A DNA stretch of 64,000 nucleotides from a virus. Taxonomy: Duplodnaviria > Caudoviricetes. Positions 27,041 through 35,611 of the stretch are shown here, one piece after another. Position 1 is the first letter of the stretch. Each line of letters opens with the position of its first letter. The notes below the pieces were generated by a model, which worked only from the letters and a program-made list of their open reading frames with translations, made no database searches and was not told the DNA's origin. The stretch covers positions 1,732 through 65,731 of IMG/VR virus record IMGVR_UViG_3300017648_000198; one strand, 5' to 3'. The position numbers were made by a program, and so were the translations under genes.

Positions 27041-28000
27041 TTGATACGCGCTGTTAACTGGAACCGACCGGACGATGACTTTACCCAAACGTTTTGGCAG
27101 CAGAATATTATGCAATTTTGGACGGACGAAGAAATCCCGCTATCCGACGATAAGATGGACTGGGAAACGTTGTCCGAGGCGGAGCGCACCGCATATAAAC
27201 GCGTGCTTGGCGGTCTGACGTTACTCGATACGATACAGGGTGGCGTAGGTATGCCGAAGATACTCGATCACGTCGACGGACTTCAACGTAAAGCGGTACT
27301 CGGATTTATGGCGATGATGGAGCAGATACACGCTAAATCGTACAGCTCGATATTTACTACGCTCGCGCCGACGGAGGAAATCGACGAAATATTCCGATGG
27401 GTCGAACGCAATCCGCAGCTCCAGCGGAAGGCTTCGCTAATCGTCGCGTGGTACAACGGGATCGAGACGGACGAGGACTTGTACCGTGCGATGGCGGCTT
27501 CCGTCATGCTCGAAAGTTACCTGTTTTATAGCGGATTCTTTTATCCGTTATATCTCGCAGGACAAGGTAAAATGACGGCTAGCGGCGAGATTATCGATTT
27601 AATCTTGCGCGACGAAAGTATCCACGGACTATACGTCGGTACGCTGGCGCAGGAACTCTATGCTACGTTTTCGGACGAGAAGCAGGCGGAATTGTCTGCA
27701 GAGGTAATGCGTTTCTTAGCGGAGCTTTACGAAAACGAGTGCGACTATACGGACGACGTGTACGGCGCTATCGGACTGGCGGACGAAGTTAAGGCGTACG
27801 TACGATATAACGCGAATAAGGCGTTGATGAATCTCGGTCTGCCTACGTATTTTCCGGACAAGCCGATTAATCCGATCGTGCTAAACGGAATCAATACGTC
27901 GACGAAGCAGCACGATTTCTTTTCGAAGAAAGGTAACGGGTATGTGCGTACGGTGAATATCGAACCGATGCGCGACGAAGATTTCGTATTTAATTCGTAA
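27041..28000 (+). CDS. nrdF: Ribonucleotide reductase class Ib beta subunit
   Basis: TTG after AAAGGAG; AVNWN, FWTDEE, LTLLDT.Q, EQIHAKSYS, LESYLFYSGF, RDESIH, HDFFSKKGNGY. Confidence 0.95.
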   Translation: MIRAVNWNRPDDDFTQTFWQQNIMQFWTDEEIPLSDDKMDWETLSEAERTAYKRVLGGLTLLDTIQGGVGMPKILDHVDGLQRKAVLGFMAMMEQIHAKSYSSIFTTLAPTEEIDEIFRWVERNPQLQRKASLIVAWYNGIETDEDLYRAMAASVMLESYLFYSGFFYPLYLAGQGKMTASGEIIDLILRDESIHGLYVGTLAQELYATFSDEKQAELSAEVMRFLAELYENECDYTDDVYGAIGLADEVKAYVRYNANKALMNLGLPTYFPDKPINPIVLNGINTSTKQHDFFSKKGNGYVRTVNIEPMRDEDFVFNS

Positions 28001-28021
28001 GGGAGGGGCGTGTCCAGTACG

Positions 28022-28201
28022 ATGAGCAAACGGCTACTACTTTATATTATTCGTTGGCAGGCGTCCACTCCGATTCTTTACGTATGTATGGCGTGGTTAC
28101 CGTTCGGACCACTGCTTAAAACGGTAATCGCAAATTTCGTTGGGGCGCTGATCTTCTTTCCGATTGACCGCGCGATAATGAGGTCGCGGAATGGCGAGTA
28201 G
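28022..28201 (+). CDS. Small membrane protein
   Basis: YIIRWQASTPIL ... ANFVGALIFFPIDR. Confidence 0.65.
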   Translation: MSKRLLLYIIRWQASTPILYVCMAWLPFGPLLKTVIANFVGALIFFPIDRAIMRSRNGE

Positions 28202-28272
28202 CGATTACGGGGATTCCGGTTACACTGGATTCTCCGTAAGGCTTCGGAAATTTTCGAAAAGAAATTATCGGA

Positions 28273-28315
28273 AAAGTGTGCCAATGTGAAGTGAGCCACG
28301 ACTATATAAGTGTAA
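28273..28315 (+). promoter_or_regulatory. Phage-specific promoter motif, copy 2
   Basis: AAAGTGTGCC-N13-CCACGACTATATAAGTGTAA; preceded by a hairpin at about 28204-28238. Confidence 0.65.
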
Positions 28316-28343
28316 GACGAAAACACAACGGAGGGAGTTCGGT

Positions 28344-28526
28344 ATGATGGATAAAGTGTCACGCGTAGTTACTGTAATCTTCTCGGTATGTTGGGCGATA
28401 TTCTTTGTAACCTATATCACTGGTGTGTTCGAACCTTTGCCAATCACAGTAGCCGCTTCGTTCCTTACTTCCGCGCTTGCATTCGTACGAGAATACTCAC
28501 TACTCCGTAAGGAGGCAGAGGAATGA
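28344..28526 (+). CDS. Small membrane protein (2 TM)
   Basis: SD GGAGGGAG; hydrophobic. Confidence 0.6.
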   Translation: MMDKVSRVVTVIFSVCWAIFFVTYITGVFEPLPITVAASFLTSALAFVREYSLLRKEAEE

Positions 28527-28666
28527 CGCAGAAAATAACGGTAACTATTACGTTCGATAACGTAGAATCCGCGAACCGTATTATTAACGAAGTCGATAAC
28601 GCGCTGTTTAACGCAGACGTCGACGATAATCTCGAATGGGAATACGAAGGAGATGGCGTAGAATGA
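28523..28666 (+). CDS. 47-aa acidic hypothetical protein
   Basis: SD AAGGAGG; coupled to dut. Confidence 0.55.
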   Translation: MTQKITVTITFDNVESANRIINEVDNALFNADVDDNLEWEYEGDGVE

Positions 28667-29184
28667 CGCAATTAAACGTTAAAATCCGCAAAGTCCGTCC
28701 ACATGCGATAATCCCAACGTACGGAACCGCCGGGGCCGCCTGCTTCGATTTATATGCGGCAGAAGACACGATAGTTGCGCCAGGCGAGACGGTCGCGGTT
28801 CCGGTCGGATTCGCCGTGGAATTACCGGACGGTTACGAAATGCAGATACGGCCGCGCTCCGGTATATCGTTGAAAACGAAGTTACGCGTCGCCAATTCGC
28901 CAGGTTGCGTAGACAGTGATTTTCGGGGAGAGGTTGCGGTAATATTCGATAACATCGCGACGACATATAACGAACACTTTCCGTCAGTAACGACGTTAGA
29001 TGGCGGACTTGAATACGACGGCTTCGGACAGTACCTGTTTAACACGTATCTAATCCGCCGTGGCGACCGCATCGCCCAAGCAGCCGTCGTACCGGTTCCG
29101 CGGGTATCATTCGTAGAGGTTGACGAAGAATTGACGCAGACGGAACGAGGGATCGGCGGCTTCGGACACACTGGCGTAAGTTAA
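28663..29184 (+). CDS. dut: Trimeric dUTPase
   Basis: AACFDL, RPRSG, GCVDSDFRGE, GDRIAQ, RGIGGFGHTG. Confidence 0.95.
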   Translation: MTQLNVKIRKVRPHAIIPTYGTAGAACFDLYAAEDTIVAPGETVAVPVGFAVELPDGYEMQIRPRSGISLKTKLRVANSPGCVDSDFRGEVAVIFDNIATTYNEHFPSVTTLDGGLEYDGFGQYLFNTYLIRRGDRIAQAAVVPVPRVSFVEVDEELTQTERGIGGFGHTGVS

Positions 29185-29197
29185 CGAAGGAGGTGTT

Positions 29198-29701
29198 ATC
29201 GTTAATCATAAAATAATAAAAACTAAATGTGGTCGCGAGGTATTAGTAGACGCTGATGATTACGACAGGTTGATAAAAATTACTTGGCGTGTAGATCGAG
29301 ACGGATATGCAGCTAACTCAGAGTATTTAGGTGGAGGGAGACACTCCGCAAAGTACCGCACAAACAGAATGCACCGATTAATTACACAAGCCAAAAGAGG
29401 ACAAATAGTAGATCATATTAATAGAAACCGCCTAGATAACCGTAAGGAAAACTTACGTATTGTAACTAGGTCGGAGAATACGTTAAACCGTGGGGCAAAC
29501 AAGAATAACACAAGTGGATATAAAGGTGTCTATTGGAGGAGCGATTTAGGAAAATGGGTATCTTTGATTACATTCAAATACAAAACTCATTGCCTCGGAT
29601 TCTACGATAGCAAAAACGAAGCTGCTAAGGCTTACAATCAAAAAGCCACGGAGTTTTTCGGAGAAGGGGCTTACTTAAATGTTATAACAGAGGAGGAGTA
29701 A
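29198..29701 (+). CDS. HNH-AP2 homing endonuclease; non-NTG start
   Basis: GREVLVDADDYDRL upstream of the first TTG; MHRLI...VDHINRNRLDNRKENLR; SGYKGV..AP2 domain. Confidence 0.85.
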   Translation: MVNHKIIKTKCGREVLVDADDYDRLIKITWRVDRDGYAANSEYLGGGRHSAKYRTNRMHRLITQAKRGQIVDHINRNRLDNRKENLRIVTRSENTLNRGANKNNTSGYKGVYWRSDLGKWVSLITFKYKTHCLGFYDSKNEAAKAYNQKATEFFGEGAYLNVITEEE

Positions 29702-29703
29702 TT

Positions 29704-30474
29704 TTGAGGGTTTGTTTACTTGCACACACAACGTTATCAGACAAGTTTACCGATTATCTAACGAAGGAGTATTGGGACGAGGGCGGTTGTGGTTACACCG
29801 TTCCTCACGACAACGACCGGGCCGCCGTCGCATTAACCGCTATTCGTACGTGCTATTCTCCGCTTAAACCGTCCGAAATAGTTGCAGTCGAAGGCGGCAA
29901 ATACTTTGGAACGGCCGCGGCAGACGGCGGTAAAGGTACGGACGCCGACCGATTATTCCGTCAAATCGTCCGATCCAAGCATACGAGTACACTCGAACAC
30001 ATCACGTACACTTTCGCAGTCGAATGTGTATCACGGTCACTACTCGCACAATTAACGCGTCACCGTCAATTCTCGTTCAGCGTACAATCGCAGCGCTACG
30101 TTAAATTCGGAAGCGGCGATAAGTCCGGCGGATTCGATTACGTTACGCCGCCGAGCATTGACGGAAAAGTCGCGGACGACGGATTCCAAGCGGCCGATTT
30201 TTACGAATCAGTGATGCGATACGCACAGGATACCTACGATCTACTGCGGAAGGCGGGCGTTCCTGCGGAAGATGCCCGTTACGTCCTACCGAATGCCGCC
30301 GCTTGCAACTTTGTAATCTCTGGCAACCTCCGCGCATTCCTCGAATTCTACGGTAAACGTAAAGCTGGCGGCGGGGCGCAGCACGAAATCGCCGATCTTG
30401 CGGAGCGATTCCGCGAAGAAATAACGAAAGTCGACGAATGGGTATCACCATTCTTTACGAAAGGGGACGAATAG
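29704..30474 (+). CDS. thyX: Flavin-dependent thymidylate synthase
   Basis: H.STLEH, SRSLLAQLTRHR.FSFSVQSQRY, EDARYVLP, AQHEI. Confidence 0.95.
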   Translation: MRVCLLAHTTLSDKFTDYLTKEYWDEGGCGYTVPHDNDRAAVALTAIRTCYSPLKPSEIVAVEGGKYFGTAAADGGKGTDADRLFRQIVRSKHTSTLEHITYTFAVECVSRSLLAQLTRHRQFSFSVQSQRYVKFGSGDKSGGFDYVTPPSIDGKVADDGFQAADFYESVMRYAQDTYDLLRKAGVPAEDARYVLPNAAACNFVISGNLRAFLEFYGKRKAGGGAQHEIADLAERFREEITKVDEWVSPFFTKGDE

Positions 30475-30475
30475 T

Positions 30476-30841
30476 ATGGCGAAACAGCCGAAAAGTTTAA
30501 CGGAACAATTAGCTGAGGCACGCGCGAAAGTTGCGGAGTTAGAGAAGAAACTGTGCTCGCAAATGGTAGGTTCGTTTGCGCTCGTCTCGGAAACTGGCCG
30601 ATACGACGATATTAAAGTTGGTACTGTCGTGGTAATTACGGCGGTAGGTGAGATCGATTCGCTTGAAGACGATGAGTACCCTGTGAAAGTGGTATTACTC
30701 GACGATAGCGATTATGATTTTTTCAAAGTTGAGGACCTCGAACTCCTCACGGACGAACAGGCGCGCGAATCGCTAGTTGCCGGTATTGACCGCCAGTTAG
30801 CCGAAGTCCGCAAACGATTTACGAAAGGAGCCTTCGAATAA
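30476..30841 (+). CDS. Hypothetical protein (coiled coil + KOW/SH3-like)
   Basis: IKVGTVVVI...YPVKV.LLD. Confidence 0.65.
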   Translation: MAKQPKSLTEQLAEARAKVAELEKKLCSQMVGSFALVSETGRYDDIKVGTVVVITAVGEIDSLEDDEYPVKVVLLDDSDYDFFKVEDLELLTDEQARESLVAGIDRQLAEVRKRFTKGAFE

Positions 30842-31161
30842 TGCCCGAAACGCTATACGAACAGTTAACGGAAGCGCAGCGCCGCGCCACCGAAGCCACC
30901 GCCGAAGTTATCCGCTTAGAAACGGAAATCCGACAGGCGACGCGCCTTAAAATGGGCGATTACGTCAAGATCACGGAATCCGTCGATTACGAAGGAGCAT
31001 ACGGACGCATCGTACAACTCGGACGCCCTGACGATTTCCTTCCGTATTTAGTCGAAGTTATTCCGTACCGTCGCAAAGTCCGCGCGTATTCCGTTGAACC
31101 CGTAGAAAAGTCCGCCGTCGCCGAGTATATGCGCGAGGTATACGAACAGCTAATCCGTTAA
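30841..31161 (+). CDS. Hypothetical protein (coiled coil + KOW-like)
   Basis: LKMGDYVKI...PYLVE. Confidence 0.65.
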   Translation: MPETLYEQLTEAQRRATEATAEVIRLETEIRQATRLKMGDYVKITESVDYEGAYGRIVQLGRPDDFLPYLVEVIPYRRKVRAYSVEPVEKSAVAEYMREVYEQLIR

Positions 31162-31181
31162 CGTTCGCGCTGTGGACGTAT

Positions 31182-31607
31182 ATGGTTATGCGGATAATAG
31201 CGGGATTAGCGGAGATTGACGGGCAGACGGAAGTTAACGAAGTTTCAACGCAAACTTACGAAGTAGAAACGGAAACCGCGACAGAGTGGAGCGTGTTTGA
31301 AGCGACTGCATACACCGCTGATTGCCTCGGCTGTATCGGTATTACGAAAACGGGGATTGACGTACGGAACACGACCGAATACGAGGGCCGCACGGTAATA
31401 GCGGTCGATCCCGAGGTGATTCCGTTAGGTTCGGCGGTGGAAATACGGCTGGCTGACGGTACGATTATCGAAGGGACTGCGCAAGATGTCGGCGGTAAAA
31501 TCGTAGGGAATCGTATCGACGTGTTACACGAAACGTACGATGCAGCGATTGAGTTCGGACGGCAGACGGTTGAGGTACGAATTATAAACGAAAAGGAGAC
31601 GATTTAA
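31182..31607 (+). CDS. 3D-domain protein (peptidoglycan hydrolase-like)
   Basis: ATAYT...ITKTG...IAVDPEVIPLGS...AQDVGGKIVGNRIDVL. Confidence 0.85.
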   Translation: MVMRIIAGLAEIDGQTEVNEVSTQTYEVETETATEWSVFEATAYTADCLGCIGITKTGIDVRNTTEYEGRTVIAVDPEVIPLGSAVEIRLADGTIIEGTAQDVGGKIVGNRIDVLHETYDAAIEFGRQTVEVRIINEKETI

Positions 31608-32677
31608 TGACGAAGGTTTTACGCGAAGTAAAGTCGGATAACGGTGTTTCTGATTGGATCGAAATTAATCCGAAGGAGGGCGGTGAATCTATGGAAAATG
31701 TAATCGAAATTGACGGCGTTAAGTACCGCGAGGTTAAACGTAAGGCTGCGGTTGGTGAGCGTATTCTAGTAGTCGGTGAGGACGACGGTAGTTGTGGTGG
31801 CACGTACTATCGAAAAGGTAATATAGCGACTGTCTCACACGTTAGACCTAACGGCGTTACTGCCGATTTCAGCGGTAACACCTACGTTTATAATGGCGGG
31901 ATGTGGGCGATTGGTCACGGTGATTATGTAGTCCTCGAACCTATTACGGAAATCGACGACATCGCGGCATCGGACGTTGACCTTATCGTACTCCAACGTG
32001 AACTTAACAGCCTACGCAAACAGGTCGACGGATTAACCGGTACGATTGCGAAAATGGCGACGCAGCTCCGCGTGGCTCGCGAGGACATCGTATTGATCGA
32101 AGAAGGCGTTGCGGACGACATTAAACGTTTGGAAGCCGCTGTATTTACGCAGGCAGCGAGTAAAACCCGCGACGAAATTGTAGCGCAGGCTAAACGTGAC
32201 GTTGCGGAACTGCTTTCCGAAGAAGGCGGCAAATATGCACGGTATAGTGTTTGTGGTAACGTATCCGTCGAGTTTGTAGTAAATCGAGAGAAACGTACAG
32301 TAGTCGCTTTATTACGTAGGGCGTATGTGGCTCCTAACGAAGTAATAGCGCGTGGTATCGCAAAAGCCGCGCCGGGCGACGTATTCAACGTACACATTGG
32401 CCGTGCGATTGCGTTGCGCCGTGCGTTAGAACTCGAAGTGCCGACCGAATACACGAACGCGCCGCAGCCGGAGGGTGTACGTGTTGGAGACGTTGTCTGT
32501 CATCGTGATTTTCCGAATGAAATAACGGTAGTGACGGAAATCTACAAGAACGGTGACGTTGCGGTAGTGCCGTATATTGACGAGGAAGAAGGCGAAGAAG
32601 TTGTCGGATTCGGACGTAATGTGGTCGCTGTAATCGACGATTCCGATCGATATAACGACGGGGTGCCTGCGAAATGA
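31607..32677 (+). CDS. Multi-module hypothetical protein
   Basis: Shares the KR.AAVGERIL...YVVLEPITE module with 14348..15373; GIAKAAPGDVFN..IGRAIALRRAL domain. Confidence 0.7.
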   Translation: MTKVLREVKSDNGVSDWIEINPKEGGESMENVIEIDGVKYREVKRKAAVGERILVVGEDDGSCGGTYYRKGNIATVSHVRPNGVTADFSGNTYVYNGGMWAIGHGDYVVLEPITEIDDIAASDVDLIVLQRELNSLRKQVDGLTGTIAKMATQLRVAREDIVLIEEGVADDIKRLEAAVFTQAASKTRDEIVAQAKRDVAELLSEEGGKYARYSVCGNVSVEFVVNREKRTVVALLRRAYVAPNEVIARGIAKAAPGDVFNVHIGRAIALRRALELEVPTEYTNAPQPEGVRVGDVVCHRDFPNEITVVTEIYKNGDVAVVPYIDEEEGEEVVGFGRNVVAVIDDSDRYNDGVPAK

Positions 32678-32877
32678 ACAACACGCTGAATAATCTCGCA
32701 CATATCGTAAAGCCTTCCGCTAAAATTACGACGGCGACTGTTTGGTCCAACGGTAAAACGGTGCGCCGTTACTGCGGACAAGACCGACCGGACAGCGGTT
32801 TTTACGTAAAAGACGGTGCTGCACGTGGTTACCGTAAAATGACGATGATACTAATCGATGACGGAGGGGATTCGTAA
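32674..32877 (+). CDS. Hypothetical protein
   Basis: Operon coupling. Confidence 0.55.
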   Translation: MNNTLNNLAHIVKPSAKITTATVWSNGKTVRRYCGQDRPDSGFYVKDGAARGYRKMTMILIDDGGDS

Positions 32878-33443
32878 TGCTGAAACCGATAGCAATAACC
32901 GGTAAATTCCGTTCGGGAAAAGATACAGTCGCGGCGCACCTCGTCGAACGTTACGGATACACGCGCTTCGCGTTTGGCGACGAGTTGAAACGTTACGCCA
33001 ACGAATTGTTTCCGGCTGAATCCGCAGACGGACGCAAGCCTCGCGAATTGTACCAATGGTTCGGACAAGCGATGAGGCAACGTGATCCCGACGTATGGGT
33101 GCGGAAGTGCTTCGATAACATTTCGTGGTCGTATAAAATCGCGGAGAATAACGGAGGGTCAATCGTCGGCACGCCCGTCGTCATTTCCGATTTAAGGCAG
33201 CCAAACGAATTTGACCGATGCCGCGCGGAAGACTACGTAATCATCCGAGTTACACGACCGGACAGCGACCGGCTGGCGACCGCGGCTGCTACGGACAATT
33301 TCGATGACACCGCGGTTACACACGAAACGGAATCGTACGTCGACGGATTCGCAGTCGATTACGAAATTATAAACGACGGCACGGTGGACGAGTTGTTGCG
33401 AAAGGTTGACGAAGTATTAACGAAAATTAACGGAGGGCGATGA
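32877..33443 (+). CDS. Deoxynucleoside monophosphate kinase-like P-loop protein
   Basis: IAITGKFRSGKDT, FAFGDELK, VISDLRQPNE, HETE. Confidence 0.8.
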   Translation: MLKPIAITGKFRSGKDTVAAHLVERYGYTRFAFGDELKRYANELFPAESADGRKPRELYQWFGQAMRQRDPDVWVRKCFDNISWSYKIAENNGGSIVGTPVVISDLRQPNEFDRCRAEDYVIIRVTRPDSDRLATAAATDNFDDTAVTHETESYVDGFAVDYEIINDGTVDELLRKVDEVLTKINGGR

Positions 33444-34610
33444 ATGTTAATCGAATTTGAAGAGTACCGTTATCTCTCGCCGGAAAACAGCCGCGTCAGT
33501 AAACCACAGATTACGAATCACGAAGAGTATAACAAGACCGCTAACTTAACGTCGAAAATCGAATACAGCAACGCAGTTATATACGAAGCGTTGTACCTCG
33601 TCCGTGATCGTTACGGTGATGACGCAAAGGTCGTCGTATCGTGTTCGTTCGGAATAGATTCGATCGTAACGCTTCACCTCGTACAGAAAGCGTGCAAAGT
33701 GTTGGGAATGACGTTCGACGTCGTTTGGAACAACACACTAAACGAATATCCACAGACGCGTAAATTTGCTGCAGAGTTATCGGAAGCGTGGGGGCTGCGG
33801 CTAATCGAAGCAAAACCGGAAACGACATTGCGTAAAATCTACGAAAATAATGGCGTAGATACGCTATTCAAACGTAAAGGCGACCGCTCCGGTAAAACGC
33901 CCGTCGTAGAAAAGTGTTGCGGGGCGTTAAAGCACAAGCCGATGAAGGCCGCGATAAAGGAACACGGATGGCATCTGATGTTTAACGGTGTAAGAGCTGG
34001 CGAAAGTCGACAGCGATGGATGGCCGGCCGCCGTGACGGAGATTTCTACTACTCTAAAACGGAGTGGAAAACGTTAGTATGCCGTCCGATCATGTGGTGG
34101 TCGTCGGCGAGCGATTCGTTTAACTACGGAAATAACCGGCAAGAGGATATATGGGAGTACGTGCGGCAACACGATATTCCGTATAATCCGATTTACGACT
34201 TAAATGCCGTACTGGACGAACGTTATGCCGAGCCTAACGTAATCGTACCTCGCGAACGTGCCGAACAATTACTCGCCGACGGGTATAACGTATTCATGCC
34301 TCGAACCGGCTGCCAAGCGTGTCCAATACCGATTAAACGTGGATACCTTCGTTATTTACGCGAAGTGTTCCCGCGGGTATACCGTTCGATGCTGTTCCAA
34401 CTCGGATTTGCCCGCGTGCTTATTGCGGAAATGGACGAAGACGTCCGGGAGGCGCTGTTCGACGAGATGAGTATGTTCGGAATTATCGATGAGAAAACAG
34501 AAGCCGCAGTATTGGATCGGTTGGAGGATATTATCGAAATGAAACCGTGCGTGTTCGATGGAGTGGGCGTAATCAAACGGAAAAAGACTAACGAAATAGG
34601 CAATCGTTAG
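33444..34610 (+). CDS. Phosphoadenosine phosphosulfate (PAPS) reductase family protein
   Basis: SCSFGIDS PP-loop; NTLNEYPQT; CC..LK.KP; GVRAGES..R; PIMWW; RTGCQACP. Confidence 0.85.
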   Translation: MLIEFEEYRYLSPENSRVSKPQITNHEEYNKTANLTSKIEYSNAVIYEALYLVRDRYGDDAKVVVSCSFGIDSIVTLHLVQKACKVLGMTFDVVWNNTLNEYPQTRKFAAELSEAWGLRLIEAKPETTLRKIYENNGVDTLFKRKGDRSGKTPVVEKCCGALKHKPMKAAIKEHGWHLMFNGVRAGESRQRWMAGRRDGDFYYSKTEWKTLVCRPIMWWSSASDSFNYGNNRQEDIWEYVRQHDIPYNPIYDLNAVLDERYAEPNVIVPRERAEQLLADGYNVFMPRTGCQACPIPIKRGYLRYLREVFPRVYRSMLFQLGFARVLIAEMDEDVREALFDEMSMFGIIDEKTEAAVLDRLEDIIEMKPCVFDGVGVIKRKKTNEIGNR

Positions 34611-34957
34611 TCTACAGGTTCCTTCGCTTCCTCCGCAATAAACACGAGCCACCCGTCCTGCTTGTCGGCGAAATTGTACCGGCGAAATTCCGGTGTCAGC
34701 CGCGTATTGTTGAAGAACTTGCCGGCAGGGATGTATCCCCGCTTATCGATGCGCCCGTCCTCCGGATCGTCCTCGATTTCCGGTATTCGTATCGCAATCG
34801 CCGCGGCCGCCCGGTCATATCCGATAGTGACGCGGCTGCCAGGCTTCAATCCGTACTCGCCGAGTATATCCGCCGATAACCGGATGCGCTTCTGCTTGTC
34901 CGTCGTCAGATAAAAGTAGGCGAGCGGTATTCTTTCGATATTAAATCGTTTCTCCAT
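34607..34957 (-). CDS. AbrB/SpoVT-like DNA-binding protein
   Basis: DKQKRIRL......GLKPGSRVTI swapped-hairpin-like pattern, with a second repeat IDKRGYIPA. Confidence 0.5.
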   Translation of the reverse strand: MEKRFNIERIPLAYFYLTTDKQKRIRLSADILGEYGLKPGSRVTIGYDRAAAAIAIRIPEIEDDPEDGRIDKRGYIPAGKFFNNTRLTPEFRRYNFADKQDGWLVFIAEEAKEPVD

Positions 34958-35023
34958 ATATTCATCAGCTCCATTAACGATAGTTTAACGGAAAATTAAC
35001 GATAGTACAAGGAGGTGTTAACG

Positions 35024-35611
35024 ATAGCAGTTACTATTCGCAAATGCGATTTTTGTGGAGCAGAGTTTAAGAGTTACAATCCCAAACCGAGATATTGTTC
35101 TCGTTCGTGTAAAGATGATTCGCAGAAACATCACGTACCGATAGAAAGCATCATTAGGTTGTATGAAAAAGGACATACACAAACAGAAGTAGCCGAAATT
35201 CTAGGAACTACTCAAAAAGTAATATACAAACGAATGAAGGACATTGGGTATACAGCTAGAATCGCAGCAAAACGGAATCAGACAAGAGATAGAAACTCAT
35301 ACTGGCGCGGAGGTAGGGTTTCTGACGGTAAAGGATATATTTACGTAAAGTCGCCCGGACACCCGCGTGCTAAAAGGTGCGGTGATTATGTTAGGGAGCA
35401 CATTGTTGTAGTCGAAAATTTCATAGGTAGGCACCTTGAAAAACACGAGATCGTACACCACATAAACGGAATTAAACATGATAATAGGCCGGAAAACCTT
35501 TATATTACAGACGCAGTAGAGCACGTAAAACTTCACAACAGTAAAACAGCACATCTAGTGGAGTCTAATCTTCAAAAATATAAGGAGGCGGTAGCAGTTG
35601 GATCCATTTAA
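35024..35611 (+). CDS. HNH homing endonuclease with Zn-finger/HTH; probable ATA start
   Basis: CDFC..YCSRSC; GYIYV..PGHP; EH.VV...E.VHHINGIKHDNRPENL. Confidence 0.85.
   Translation: MAVTIRKCDFCGAEFKSYNPKPRYCSRSCKDDSQKHHVPIESIIRLYEKGHTQTEVAEILGTTQKVIYKRMKDIGYTARIAAKRNQTRDRNSYWRGGRVSDGKGYIYVKSPGHPRAKRCGDYVREHIVVVENFIGRHLEKHEIVHHINGIKHDNRPENLYITDAVEHVKLHNSKTAHLVESNLQKYKEAVAVGSI

Noticed and set aside
33444-34610. Calling the gene cysH (sulfur auxiliary metabolic gene) or dndC
   Set aside because: The family is clear but its function is not; no partner cys or dnd genes are present.
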